Shown: positions 12,960 through 25,554 of the stretch, one piece after another
How the letters are laid out: the number at the start of each line of letters is the position of its first letter
How positions within the stretch are numbered: position 1 is the first letter of the stretch
Made by a program: the position numbers and the translations under genes
Assembly (NCBI RefSeq): GCF_035084215.1
Contig: NC_090327.1
Location: forward strand, 50,220,001-50,284,000
DNA length: 64,000 bases
From: Heptranchias perlo
Taxonomy: Eukaryota
Direction: 5' to 3'
Notes under the pieces: generated by a model
The model's database searches: none
Told to the model about the DNA's origin: nothing
The model's input: the letters and a program-made list of their open reading frames with translations, nothing else

Positions 12960-14687
12960 TGAAGGAGCATCAAATGAGGCCTTATGGGTTGAGCTAAAGA
13001 ACAAAAAAGGGGCAGTCACACTACTGGGAGTGTACTATAGACCCCCAAACAGTCAGAGGGAGATAGAGGAGCAAATATGTAGGCACATTTCTGAGAAGTG
13101 CAAAAACAATAGGGCAGTAATAGTAGGGGATTTCAACTACCCTAATATTAACTGGGATACAAACAGTGTGAATGGCATAGAGGGCGCAGAATTCTTAAAT
13201 TGCATACAGAAGAATTTTTTTAGCCAGTGTATAGCAAGCCCAACGAGAGGCGGGGGGTGCAGTTCTGGATTTAGTTCTAGGAAATGAAGAGGGGCAGGTG
13301 GAAGAAGTAGCAGTGGGAGAGCATTTTGGTGGTAGTGATCATAATACAGTTAGTTTTAGCATAGTTATGGAAAAGGACAAAAAAAGACAGAGCAGCAGTT
13401 AAAGTTTTCAATTGGGGAAAGGCCAATTTTACTAAACTGAGAAGTGATTTAGCAGAAGCAAACTAGAAACAGCTACTTGAAGTCAGTGTCAGAGCAGTGG
13501 GAGACATTCAAAGGGGTGATTCAAGGGGTTAAGGGTAAACATGTTCCAACAAAGAAAAAGGGAGGGGCTGCCAAATCTAGAGGCCCCTGGATGTCAAGAA
13601 GCATTCAGGGTAAGATAAGGCAGAAAAAGAAAGCCTGTAATAGACACTGGGAACTCAATAATATGGAAAGCTTAGAGGAGTATACAAAGTGCAGGGGTGA
13701 AGTTAAAAAGGAAATTGGGAAAGGCAAAGAGAGAGCATGAAAAAATATTAGCAAGTAAAATCAAAGAAAACCAAAAGATGTCTTATAAATACATAAAGAG
13801 CAAGAGGATAACTAAGGAAAGAGTAGGGCCTATTAGAGACCAAAAAAGTAAACTATATGTGGGTATGGTTCTTAATGAATACTTTGTGTCTGTCTTCACA
13901 AAGGAGAGGGATGATATAGGGATTGAAGTTAAGAAGAAGTGTGAAATATTGGATGGGATAAACATAGTGGGAGAGGAAGTATTAAGGGGATTAGCATCTT
14001 TGAAAGTAGATAAATCACAAGGGCCGGATGAAATGTATCCCAGGCTATTAAAAGAAGCCAGGGAGGAAATAGCGGAGGCTTTAACAATCATTTTCCAAAC
14101 TTCACTGGATACAGGCGTAGTGCCGGAGGATTGGAGGACTGCTAACGTTGTACCATTGTTTAAAAAGGGAGCAAAGGATAGACCGAGTAATTACAGGCCA
14201 GTCAGCCTAACCTCAGTGGTGGGCAAATTATTGGAATCAATTCTGAGGGACAGGATAAACTGTCACTTAGAAAGGCACGGACTAATCAAGGACAGTCAGC
14301 ACGGATTTGTTAAGGAGAGGTCGTGTCTGACTAACTTGATTGAATTTTCGAGGAGGTGACCAGAAGGATCGATGAGGGTAGCGCAATTGATGTAGTCTAC
14401 ATGGATTTTAGCAAGGCTTTTGACAAGGTCCCACGTGACAGATTGGTCAAAAAAGTAAAGGTCAAGGGAATGTGGCAAATTGGATCCAAAATTGGTTCAG
14501 TGGCAGGAAGCAAAGGGTAATGGTCAACAGGTGTTTTTGCGCCGGCTGTTTCTAGTGGGGTGCCGCAGGGCTCGGTACTAGGTCCTTTGCTTTTTGTGGT
14601 ATTCATTAATGATTTGGGCTTAAACGTAGGGAGGCTGGGTGGCTCGTTTCTCAGCCGGTGCAGACACGATGGGCTGAATGGCCTTCT
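12960..14687 (+). mobile_element. Degenerate CR1 with internal deletion
   Basis: EN (YRPPNS, GDFN) to RT (PQGSVLGP) fragments, then a jump to about 50 bp of 3' UTR. Confidence 0.92.
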
Positions 14688-16535
14688 TAACCACCTTATC
14701 TACCTGTCCTGCTACCTTCAGGGATCTGTGGACATGTACTCCAAGGTCCCTCACTTCCTCGACACCTTTCAGTATCCTCCCATTTACTGTGTAGTTCCTT
14801 GCCTTGTTTGCCCTCCCCAAATGCATTACCTCACATTTCTCCAGATTGAATTCCGTTTGCCACTTTTCTGCCCACCTGACTAGTCCATTGATATCTTCCT
14901 GCAGTCTACAGCTTTCCTCCTCACTATCAACCACACAACCAATTTTTGTGTCATCTGCAAACTTCTTAATCATACCCCCTACATTTAAGTCCTAATCATT
15001 AATAAATACCACAAAAAGCAAGGGACCTAGTACTGAGCCCTGCAGAACCCCACTGGAAACATCCTTCCAGGCACAAAAACATCGACCTTTACCCTTTGCT
15101 TCCTGCCACTGAGCCAATTTTGGATCCAACTTGCCACTTTCCCTTGGATCCCATGAGCTTGTACTTTTTTGACCAGTCTGCCATGTGGGACCTTGTCAAA
15201 AACCTTGCTAAAATCCATGTAGACTACATCAATTGCGCTACCCTCATCTACCCTCCTTGATACCGCCTCAAAAAATTCAATCAAGTTAGTCAGACACGAC
15301 CTTCCCTTAACAAATCCACGATGACTGTCCTTGATTACTCCGTGCCTTTCTAAGTGACGGTTTATCCTGTCCCTCAGAATTGATTCCAATAATTTGCCCT
15401 CCACCGAGGTTAAACTGACTGGCCTATAATTACTTGGTCTATCCCTCGCTCCCTTTTTAAATAATGGTACAATGTTAGCAGTCCTCCAATCCTCCGGCAC
15501 CACGCCTGTATCCAGTGAGGATTGGAAAATGATGGTCAGAACCTCCGCTATTTCCTCCCTTGTTTCTTTTAACAGCCTGGGATACATTTCATCCGGCCCT
15601 TGTGATTTATCTACTTTCAAAGATGCTAATCCCCTTAATACTTCCTCTCTCACTATGTTTAGCCCATGCAATATTTCACACTCCTCCTTAACTACAATGT
15701 CTGCATCGTCCCTCTCTTTTGTGAAGACAGACACAAAGTATTCATTAAGAACCATAGCAACATCTTCCGCCTCCATACATAGGTTATCTTTTTGGTCGCT
15801 AATAGGCCCTACTCTTTCCTTAGTTATCCTCTTACTCGTAATGTATTTTTAAAACATCTTTGGGTTTTCCTTCATTTTACTTGCCAATATTTTTTCATGC
15901 CCTCTCTTTGCTTTCCTAATTTCCTTTTTAATTTCACCCCTGCACTTTCTATACTCCTCTAGACTTTCTGCAGTATTGAGTTCTCGGTGTCTGACATAAG
16001 CTTTCCTTTTCTGCCTTATCCTACCCTGTATGCTCCTTGACATCCAGTGGGCTCTAGAATTGCCAGTCCCACCCTATTTCTTTGTGGGAACATGTTGATT
16101 CTGAATCTCTTGGACCTCTGAACTCCTTCAACCTGCCCAGCTTCATTTCCTAAAACTAAATCCAGAACTGCCCCCTCTCTTGTTGGGCTTGCTACCTACT
16201 GGCTAAAAAAAGTTCTCCTGAAAATGCAATTTAAGAATTTTGTGCCCTCTATGCCTTTCACACTGTTTGTATCCCAGTTAATATTAGAGTAGTTGAAATC
16301 CCGTATTACTGCCCTATTGTTTTTGCAGTTCTCAGGAATTTGCCTAAATATTTGCTCTTCTATCCCCCTCTGACTGTTTGGGGGTCTACAGTACACTCCC
16401 AGTAGTGCAACTGCCCCTATTTTGTTCCTTAGCTCAACCCATATGGCCTCATTTGATGTTCCTTCTAACTTATCATCCCTACTCACAGCTGTAATTGTTT
16501 ATTTAATCAAAATTGCCACCCCACCTCCTTAACTG
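14681..16535 (-). mobile_element. Degenerate CR1, inverted partner of 12960-14687, 3' end lost
   Basis: ORF fragments 16196-16486, 15027-15776, 14620-14973 closely parallel the plus copy. Confidence 0.92.
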
Positions 16536-16780
16536 AATGTGGAGTTGGGGAGGAGCAGTAGTGCTCCTCCCTGCCCCACATTAAAACTGGGAGCAACTGC
16601 CAGTCATCGCTCGTCCATCCTCCTGACTATCACCCCGTACCGTCCCCCCGATATATCCACACAAACAACAATAGGGACTAAAAAAAATTGAATGCAATAT
16701 GGATCCAAAGTAATGTCAATTATTAGAATCACTTATTTGGAAATAAGCTAACTAGAATTTGGCACAGATGGATCACTTAC

Positions 16781-16958
16781 ATGTGCTCATGAGCAGCTTT
16801 TATGGCCTTTGCAGCATAGCCCATAGATTTCAATACTTCAGTATTTGTGTTTGCATTTTCTAATGCTTCTCGTTGGAATTCAATTGTAGAGAGTGTACCA
16901 TCAATCTGTGCTAACTGTTTTTCAAATCTCTTCTTTCGTTTGAGTGCTTGTAGGGCAG
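16781..16958 (-). CDS. CHMP4C: CHMP4C coding exon 2
   Basis: ttttcccag acceptor; AALQALKRKKRFEKQLAQIDGTLSTIEFQREALENANTNTEVLKSMGYAAKAIKAAHEHM; gtaagt donor; 178 bp, phase fits. Confidence 0.95.
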
Positions 16959-17221
16959 CTGGGAAAAGAAACAATATAACTATGAATGTAATCAGTTCAA
17001 GGAATATAACTTTAGTATCAGATTTTCAGAAAGTATTTTCAGAATATCCACCACATAATCATCAAGGGAAACTAGAAAAAAAAAGGAATACCCAATGCAA
17101 CATATAAGCAGAGAAAAAGAAACAACTGCAACTGACCAAGAAGATGGATATTCATGAGTAGGATGCATTATTTCAGCTGGATGAGGTATGTGCCCATTGG
17201 ACTGGGTCCTACTTCGATGAT

Positions 17222-17345
17222 AAAGAGCAAAAAACTGCAATTGCTAGAAATCTGAAACAAAAGCTTGAGGAACAGCACTTTATCTTTTTATTAGACACTC
17301 TGTAACCCACTGGCTTTAATATTGATTTTAATAGCTTCAAACCAT
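17222..17345 (+). mobile_element. Degraded Penelope fragment with inverted terminus
   Basis: Family-A terminus (aagagcaaaaaactgc...gaaatctgaaa) joined to oppositely oriented KLEEQHFIFLLDTL*PTGFNIDFNSFK. Confidence 0.6.
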
Positions 17346-20162
17346 GATTTTAACTCCCACTTTCTTTACAATAGGAGATGCCAGCATTGTGGGATGGGTG
17401 TGTCGGCATTTCTTGAGGAGGGATAAACATGTTGGCGCATGGGTGGGAACCCTCCATTGGAACACTGTGCTGGCGGGGCAAAATTTTCCTGTGACCATAA
17501 TTTACTCATGACTAACTAAATACTAAAAAGTTACTCCACTTCCTGAGTCACTCCTCTTTGCCACCCTGCTCCTCGAGGTATGCTCCCATACCACACAGGT
17601 GCTCCTCCCTGCCACGCACATGGCTGCTGATCCTGGCTCCTTCCTTCCACTTTCGCTTGCTCCAGGAGCAGACTTTTCGATCTGGCAAAAACTGTTCCAA
17701 GTTCAGAAATTCACACTTGCAGCACACAGCAAAAAAATCACCTCCTGAAGCAAAGCAGAAGCATCGGTTGGGAGTTGGGACCAGCACTGAGGACCACATC
17801 AAGAAGCAGAATGGTAAGTGGTCACTGCCCCTCCTCCAAAGAGAAAGGAATTGAGATCCACAAGTTCAGAACTGTTGCCATAGAAAAAATAAAGAACCAC
17901 TGAAGCAGTGCGTTGAAAGGAAACCAGTTTATTTCTGTGCTGTAAACATTTCTTCTTGGGGTAGAGGAAATTGGCAATACACTTTTTAATGTACTCTTCA
18001 TTCCTAAAATACATATATACTTGCCTACTATTGCAGATAGATGTTGCCAAAACCGTTGCTTGGAATTGCTGCACAACAGCGAATAGCACCAAATTATATC
18101 AATTCAGTGAAATCAAACCTATTGTGGTGCAATTAGCTTAGGTTCTTAGTAGTACATTACTTGCAAAACTGGAAGATGCCTCAGTGTTTTGTATGCACCT
18201 CAAAAAGCTAGGCACACTGTAGGTTTATTAAAACAATATAATGAACACTAGTAAACATAATATTTAATGTTCTGATAATGCAATAAATGCAGCACACAGT
18301 AATGAAACATTATTATTGTTTTCTCATTCGTATGCAAGACTCGGAACTTACAAGCATCATACCTGCACACAAAGCGACTTCTGAAGGCCTTCTAAATAAC
18401 ACTGGTAAAGTGGTACCACTGGGTGTGACATTATGTACTCATTGTTTGGCTTTGGGTTTCAAATTGTTCCAGAACACTTTGTACAACATACACCATTTAC
18501 TCAAAACTAAGGTGACTTTTACTTCACTTTTGTTTGCAATGCTGTGAATCATTATTGTCCATAAATTCAGAGAGAAAGATGGCAGCTTGTGGTTTACACC
18601 CAAAATTCCCAAACCTTTTGGGGAGGTACTAAGCAGAAAATTATAGTCTTCCCACAAGAAAAATGGGAATCAGTACAAGTTGTTCCAGGCCACCTGCACA
18701 GCAACAGCATTGGAATTGGTCTGCGAAAACAATGCCTCTCAACAGACTTGACCTGAATTGATGCACAATTCAGGGAAAGTAAGGAGAAAAAATATTTTGA
18801 AATGGGCCCAAATGCATACATGACTTCACAGTGCTTCATTACAAGTTAAACCACAAGAACTATTGTGTACATTTCATCTCACATGCAAATGTTATGCATC
18901 ATTTCTAAAAATCCTTAAGAATTTTGGGACCAAATTCAGTTTAAGCAAAATTCTGACATTATTCTACAGTACATTCATATTTAGAGACAGAAAAGAAGTT
19001 TCTTGGAAAGGGAAAAAAACAGCCCCAGAGTTTAAACCATTCACCAAATGAGACTTACAGGTGATCTGACAGAAAGAAGGACTACAGGTTTACGTAGCTT
19101 TTATCACAGATCAGGCCAGAGAAGACTGAAAAGATTTGGAGGTGTTCCTTCTGCAAGTATGAAGAAAGTGAATAAACCAGAGGTGATCTGTCAAGAGAAA
19201 CACATGTGCCCAATTAAAACATGCAAAATAAAATCAGAGGGAAACCATGCATTACGATAAAAATGTCAAAATGGTCCTCCTTCTCAAACATTTAACAATT
19301 AACAAATCAAGATGTGAAATGAATAACCATTAACCCCGGAAAACTACAGTAGCAGTTCTATACATGCTCAAAATTAGAACTGTATTCTTTGAAATGTGCA
19401 ATATTAATTCCCATCTAATATTTAGCATCACATAGTAAATTTGCTTACTGGAATGCAATTTGTGCAAGTTATATATGTTGTATAATATGGCAGAAAAGGC
19501 ACTCTATAAAGCCTAAACAAAAATTTACTATTCAAATACAAACATTAAATCAACTTATTTGATTTAGTAATTTTGTTCCATTCAAATTTCACTGAAGTTT
19601 TATTCTCTATTAGCTTTTAACAGATTTTAGTGATAAGAAATGACTTAGCTTTAAACCAAGCACAAATATGACATATTGCAATCTTTAATGGTAGAAACAA
19701 ATCAAGATGTGCCTTTAAGAACCTCTGCAAATAGTTCAGTGAGAAAACATACCACACACCCAAAGAAACTATGAGGGTTCAATTGCTACTCTAAACTGGC
19801 AGCCAAATTTAGAGTATACAACAAATTCGCCTCAGCATAACCGAACGAGAGAGAAAAAAATGGCCAGAGTCCCACTCCCGTATGATATCCAGCAACCACT
19901 AGTAGCATGACACAGTGATACCGGGAGCTGGCTCGGCATTGATGGCAACACACCGATACTCACTCTTTAAGCCTTATACCTGAAGAAAGGCCACTTGAGT
20001 AGTGCACCCCTGTACAAACGACTGACAAAATCACTGAAATATTATCTTCATGAGTGAAATGTTGCATTGTTTCCCAACGTGTATTTGGTTTGTGAGGATA
20101 GCTTTGTTTAAAATAAGTTGAGGGGGTAGAGTTTCCACGTTTCCGCTGGTTTTACGCCCAGA

Positions 20163-21118
20163 TAGAACCATAGAATAGAACCATAGAAAAGATACAGCAC
20201 AGAAGGGGGCTATTCGGACCATCGTGTCCGTGCCGGCTCGAAGAACAACCAGGCGCCCATTCTAATCCTACCTTCCAGCACCCGGTCCATAGCCCTGCAG
20301 CCTACAGCACTAGGTGCAGGTCCAGGTCCTTTTTAAAAAGAGTTGAGGGTCCTTGCCTCTACCACCAATTCGGGCAGCAAAATTCCATACACCCACCAAC
20401 CTCCGGATAAAAAAGTTTTTCCTCATATCCCCTCTAATCCTTCCGCCAATCATCTTAAATCTATGTCCTCTAGTTCTTGAACTCTCCGCTCAATCAAGTC
20501 TCCCCTCAGCCTCCTCTGCTCTAAGGAAAACAACCCCAGCCTATCCAATCTCTCCTCGTAGCTGCAATTTTCAAGCCCTGGCAACATTCTTGTAAATCTT
20601 CTCTGCACTCTCTCCAGAGCAATTACGTCCTTCCTGTAATGTGGGGACCTGAACTGCACACAATACTCCAGCTGTGGCCTTACCTGCATTTTATACAGTT
20701 CCATCATTACATCTCTGCTTTTGTATTCTATATCTCAGCTAATAACAAAGAGCATTCCGTATGCCTTCTTCACGATCTTATCTACCTGTACTGCCACCTT
20801 CAGGGACCTGTGAACATGCACTCCAAGGTCCCTCACTTCCTCTACCCCTCTCAATACATTCCCGTTTACTGCGTATTCCCTTTTACTGTTTGCCCTCCCT
20901 AAGTGCATTACCTCACACTTCTCCGGGTTGAGCTCCACTAGCCACTTTTCCACCCACTCCACCAACCCATTGATATCTTCTTGGAGTCTACAGCTATTCT
21001 CTTCACTATCAACAACACGGCCAATTTTTGTGTCATCTGCAAATTGGCCAATCATGCCCCCTACATTCAAGTCCAAATCATTAATATATTCCACAAACAG
21101 CAAGGGACCTAACACTGA
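20163..21118 (-). mobile_element. CR1 3' fragment
   Basis: RT C-terminal ORFs 20735-21139 and 20450-20707; ttctatgg tail. Confidence 0.92.
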
Positions 21119-22301
21119 GATTCCAGCGCAATCGTCCAAACCAGTGCAAAAGATCAGGGAATTTTAAACGCGAATTATGCCCAAAACCACTGGCGTTCGT
21201 GTTTTCCACGATCTTTTACGCCGGTTTAAGATTCAATTCGCCCGGATCAGGTTGACATTGTGAGTTTCTACCAATTGCGCTGGTTCAGGAAAGCTCTTTC
21301 AAATGAAAACACCCTGTTCTAACTTGGCAAGTTTCCAAAAATGAAACTATGTACACCTTAATAGTGCTCATTGGGATTATGGCTAATTCGGTATATAAAA
21401 AAACTGCAGACAATAAAAATGTAACTACATTCTACAGAAACAGGATAATCTCATAATACAATACATTATACAACCCAATCTCACTAGCCAGTCACAACAT
21501 AGGAATTTGACACTCACTTGATGGCATCAATTGATTATTATTGATATAAATATGACTATTGTTATTTGAATTACAGGATATTGATTTTAGTTTGTTTGCT
21601 ATTATTAGTGACACCTCCATTCAGGGGGGCACTTTTAGATTTTCTGACAGGATTGGGTTTTCCTCAACGTCACTACTTAATGGTCTGTACAAAACAGAGC
21701 AACCAACCAACCATTCAGAAAAAAACTGGATTATTACCTGACGACATAACACGTTATTACATTTAAAACAACCGACGAGGGTACACGACATTCTGACATC
21801 ATTAGGAGACCTCTGATCATCAGATATAATCTGCTTTTTGTGTTTAATCCAACACCTGTTGTATCACAATGAGCCTGGGAGGGAGATTAATTTGTGTCAC
21901 ATCATTACATACTGGTCCAAAATAGGCAAGAGGGGTGATCCCAAAAGAAAATGGGCGGGTTCCTATTTATCTGATTCAGCATAACTTTAGCAGTGATTTT
22001 CTGAAAGCACACTATAATCAGATCTGCTCTGCTCTGCTCCCCCCACCCCCCCCAACATTTTTGGTTCATCTAAGGTGGCATTTTAAATGTGCAATGGTGC
22101 TATTCTGTTTTTCACTAAAGCCACAAAACCTTCCGTATATACATATATATGTTGTCTATTTTGTGGCACCTACAGACACAAACTGTCAAAGCTTATACTT
22201 TATTATATCATTTCTTAGAAGTGAATTTGGGTGGTCAATCCAGTTCTCAGTGGTCTAAACAATTTTCAGCATAATTCTAATACCACAACTCAAATTAATT
22301 T

Positions 22302-22500
22302 GGAGATGCCGGTGATGGACTGGGGTTGACAATTGTAAACAATTTTACAACACCAAGTTATAGTCCAACAAATTTATTTTAAATTCCACAAGCTTTCAGA
22401 GGTTTCCTCCTTCACCTGACGAAGGAGGAAGCCTCCGAAAGCTTGTGGAATTTAAAATAAATTTGTTGGACTATAACTTGGTGTTGTAAAATTGTTTACA
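22302..22500. mobile_element. Fold-back Penelope-type mini-element, family B, copy 1
   Basis: About 80-bp inverted arms with a one-sided tail of about 30 nt; 13-bp direct repeat caaattaatttgg at 22291-22303 and 22499-22511. Confidence 0.85.
22411..22449 (+). ncRNA. Minimal type-I hammerhead ribozyme-like motif
   Basis: UUCAC-CUGACGA-A-GGAGG(AAG)CCUCC-GAAA-GC-UU-GUGGA. Confidence 0.65.
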
Positions 22501-22619
22501 AATTAATTTGGGCTGAGCAGTTATTTCTCCTCAACAACTCTGAATTCTCTATAAAACCAAAGTCCAGTTTACTTAGATTGTAGTAAAAATTTCAAGAAGG
22601 CATCTCAGAGAAAATTAGG

Positions 22620-24050
22620 GGAGAACATTAGCATGCATAGCGTTGGAAGCAGTGTGCTAAGATGGACCGAATCATAGCTGGGAAATAGGAAACAGAGGGT
22701 CTGTGTCAATGGCAAGTATTCTGGATGGAGGGGATCCTTTTAAAAATGACCTGGAAGAAGGTGTCAGTAGCTTCATCTCAAAGTTCACGGCTGACACCAA
22801 AATAGCAGAGGTGCCTAATAAAAGTGGCAGCACTGGCTCAGTGGTAGCTCTCTCACCTTTAAGTCAAGGTTGTGGGTTCAAGCCCCACTCCAGAGACTAC
22901 AGCAAATAATCTAGGCTGGCATTTCAGTGCAGTACTGAAGGAATTTTGTCCCATCAGAGGTGCTGTCGCTCAGATGAGACGTTAAACCGAGGTCCCATCT
23001 GCCGTGATGGCCGTAAAATATCCCATGACATTACTCAAAGAGCAGGAAGGTTTCCTGGTCTCCTGGCTAACAGTCATCCTTCAACCACCACCGCCAAAAC
23101 AGATTATGTAGTCATTTATCTCATTGTTGTTTGTGGGACCTTGCTGTGCGCAAATTGGCTACCACCTTTGCCGACATTGCAACAATGACTACACTTCAAA
23201 AGCACTTAATTGACTGTGAAGTGCTTTGGGAGTTCTGAGGTAGTGAAAGGCAGTTAATAAATAGAAGTTCTTTTGTCCTTCTTAATACAGCAGAAGATGG
23301 GGACAAGCTACGTAAGGAACTTAGACTGGGAAGTTGGAAAACAATTGGCAGATGCAGTTTAAAATGTCAATATAAGTGTAAAGTCATGCTCCTAGAGATA
23401 CAAAATAAGCAGCACAACTGTAGGATTAAGATGAATCAGGAAAGGGATCTGGCAGTTATAAATAAATCCCACAAGACATCAAGCCTACATGAGGCTGCTA
23501 TCAAAAAAGCAAACGGACATTAGGTTGTGCAAAAAGGGAAATAGAATGTAAATCAAAGGGAGGTTGTCCTGCCACTTATAGAGTGTTGGTCAGGCTTCTG
23601 AAACCCTCATTACAGGAAGGATGCATCTGCTGAGAAAGGTGCAGAGTTACTAGAACGATTAGGGGACTAGAGAATAAAACGTACGTGGATTCACTCACAA
23701 AAGTGGGATGCCTCATTTGGTAGGAGGAGACTGATGGGGATATTGAGGTATTAAAATTAGGAAAGCTTAGGGATGTAGAGGACAGTCCGGGCAATTTGGT
23801 TGCTACAGGATGGCCAAATAAGTATAAGCTGATTCAGGTGGAACATAAAGCATTATTTTCACTGACAGGGTGGCTAGTTTTTTGAATATCTTGCTACGGG
23901 AGATTGTAGGAGCAAGTAGCTTAGATCACTTCAGAATTGAATTGGACACATATCTTGGAGAATCAATTTATTGGATAGAACTGTTAGAACAGCAGGAAGA
24001 CTGATGAGACGAACACATGGTCTTTGCTGGCTGCAAGATTTTTTGTTTCT
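22620..24050 (+). mobile_element. Old, highly degraded CR1 interrupted by a SINE
   Basis: NDLEEGVSSFISKFTADTKI remnant, with downstream RT C-terminal and 3' UTR-like sequence. Confidence 0.6.
22825..23272 (+). mobile_element. tRNA-derived Deu-domain SINE (SacSINE1-like)
   Basis: A box tggctcagtgg, B box ggttcaagcc, Deu-like core (gatgagacgttaaaccgagg...ttgtttgtgggaccttgctgtgcgcaaattggct), L2-like tail; further copies at 50424 and 62245. Confidence 0.75.
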
Positions 24051-24809
24051 AATACATGAACCTCTTTAAATATAAAACTGTATTAACTGTAAACAGTTGC
24101 TGCTTTGTGCTACAACTCTTATATATTTACCCATTGTGTGTGCATATACTTGTCATACACTACTGCTGAATGGAGGCGTAGTTCAATTTGCATACCGTGT
24201 ACACAGTAAATAATATACCCAAGATAGCTGGTAATTGGAAAATATATCACTTGTGACAGCAGACTCACTTGCAATTAGAATGCTTGTTAATTAGTAGGTC
24301 TGCTATTTATTAGTGGTGTATTTTCTATACTTTCATACACACTATTTATACATGTCCTCTTTAAATACACACCAAAGATCCATAAAGAATATGCAGTACT
24401 GTGTTATATTTTGGAGGGAGAGTTAGGTGTTATGTTTAAGGGGTTGGGATAGTGTTGCTATCCCTCTTGTCCATGGTGCTACGGGAGCTGTACTTCCACC
24501 TCACTTGTTATTTGTGCTGTTTTGGAGATGATTTCCTATCTCTAGCACCTGATGCTGTGTTATATTTGAAGGGGCAGAATAGTATTTCCATCTTACCCCT
24601 AGTATTCTGTTATCTTTGAGGGATTGGGGTGTCATGTCACTACCTCACTTGTTACTTGTGGTGTTTTGAAGGTGATTTCCTACCCCTTGCTCATGATATG
24701 TATTATTACTTTTATTCAGAGGTAAAACTGTTCTTGCCTCTCTGGCCCTTGGTGTAATGATATATTCCCAGGGATGGGATAGTTGCATTCATGCCTTTCT
24801 TGTCATTGG

Positions 24810-25322
24810 TGTACCATATACTCAGAGGGGAGAGGTAGTTGTGTTCCTGTCTCTCCTGCTCTGGTGTACCGTATACTGTATACTCAGAGGGGAGAGGTAG
24901 TTGTGTCCCTATCTCTCCTGCCCTGGTGTGCTGTATACTCGGAAGGGAGGAGAAATTGTGTCCCTGTCTCTCCTGCTCTGGTGTACTGTATACTCGGAGG
25001 GGAGAGGTAGTTGTGTCCCTGTCTCTCCTGCTCTGGTGTACTGTATACTCGGAGGGGAGAGGTAGTTGTGTCCCTGTCTCTCCTGCCCGTGGTGCACTGT
25101 ATACTCGGAGGGGAGAGGTAGTTGTGTCCCTGTCTCTCCTGCCCGTGGTGCACTGTATACTCGGAGGGGAGAGGTAGTTGTGTCCCTGTCTCTCCTGCCC
25201 TGGTGTACTGTATACTCGGAGGGGAGAGGTAGTTGTGTCCCTGTCTCTCCTGCCCGTGGTGCACTGTATACTCGGAGGGGAGAGGTAGTTGTGTCCCTGT
25301 CTCTCCTGCCCTGGTGCTGTAT
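24810..25322. repeat. 55/56-bp minisatellite, about 9 copies, with degenerate copies extending to about 24395
   Basis: Unit actgtatactcggaggggagaggtagttgtgtccctgtctctcctgccc(g)tggtg(c/t); period measured from tcctgcc at 25081, 25137, 25193, 25248, 25304. Confidence 0.95.
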
Positions 25323-25346
25323 ATTTCTGGCTGGCTGTGCTCCTAC

Positions 25347-25554
25347 CTCTCTTGTTCTTGGTGCCGCTCCTCCGGGCGGTCTCCAGCTCTTTCTCGATCC
25401 TACTCTCCAGGTACTCCTGTTTCTTGGTTAACATCTCCTCGGTCGCCCGGAGACGATGGAGGGCTTCCTGCGGGCCCGGGCCCGGGCCCTGTTTCCTGGC
25501 GCGGGATGAGCCCGAGCCCGAGCCGCCCTTGAACAAATTTGAAAATTTATTCAT
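25347..25554 (-). CDS. CHMP4C: CHMP4C (ESCRT-III Snf7 family) coding exon 1
   Basis: ATG at 25554, MNKFSNLFKGG...PQEALHRLRATEEMLTKKQEYLESRIEKELETARRSGTKNKR; donor AG|gtagga; 208 bp. Paralog assignment rests on adjacency to ZFAND1/SLC10A5, as in human. Confidence 0.92.

Noticed and set aside
13783-15852. Antisense ORFs over CR1 copies (13783-14091, 15472-15852, and similar at 39722-40732)
   Set aside because: Shadow ORFs typical of the CR1 antisense strand, with no independent coding signal.
17548-17854. GC-richer ORF cluster with a donor-like ggtaagt at about 17813
   Set aside because: No recognisable product or partner exons; an antisense exon cannot be supported from sequence alone.
22825-22900. 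tRNA gene
   Set aside because: The A/B boxes belong to a SINE head; no full cloverleaf, and the SINE body follows.
24810-25322. CRISPR-like array
   Set aside because: Head-to-tail units with no unique spacers, in a vertebrate genome.
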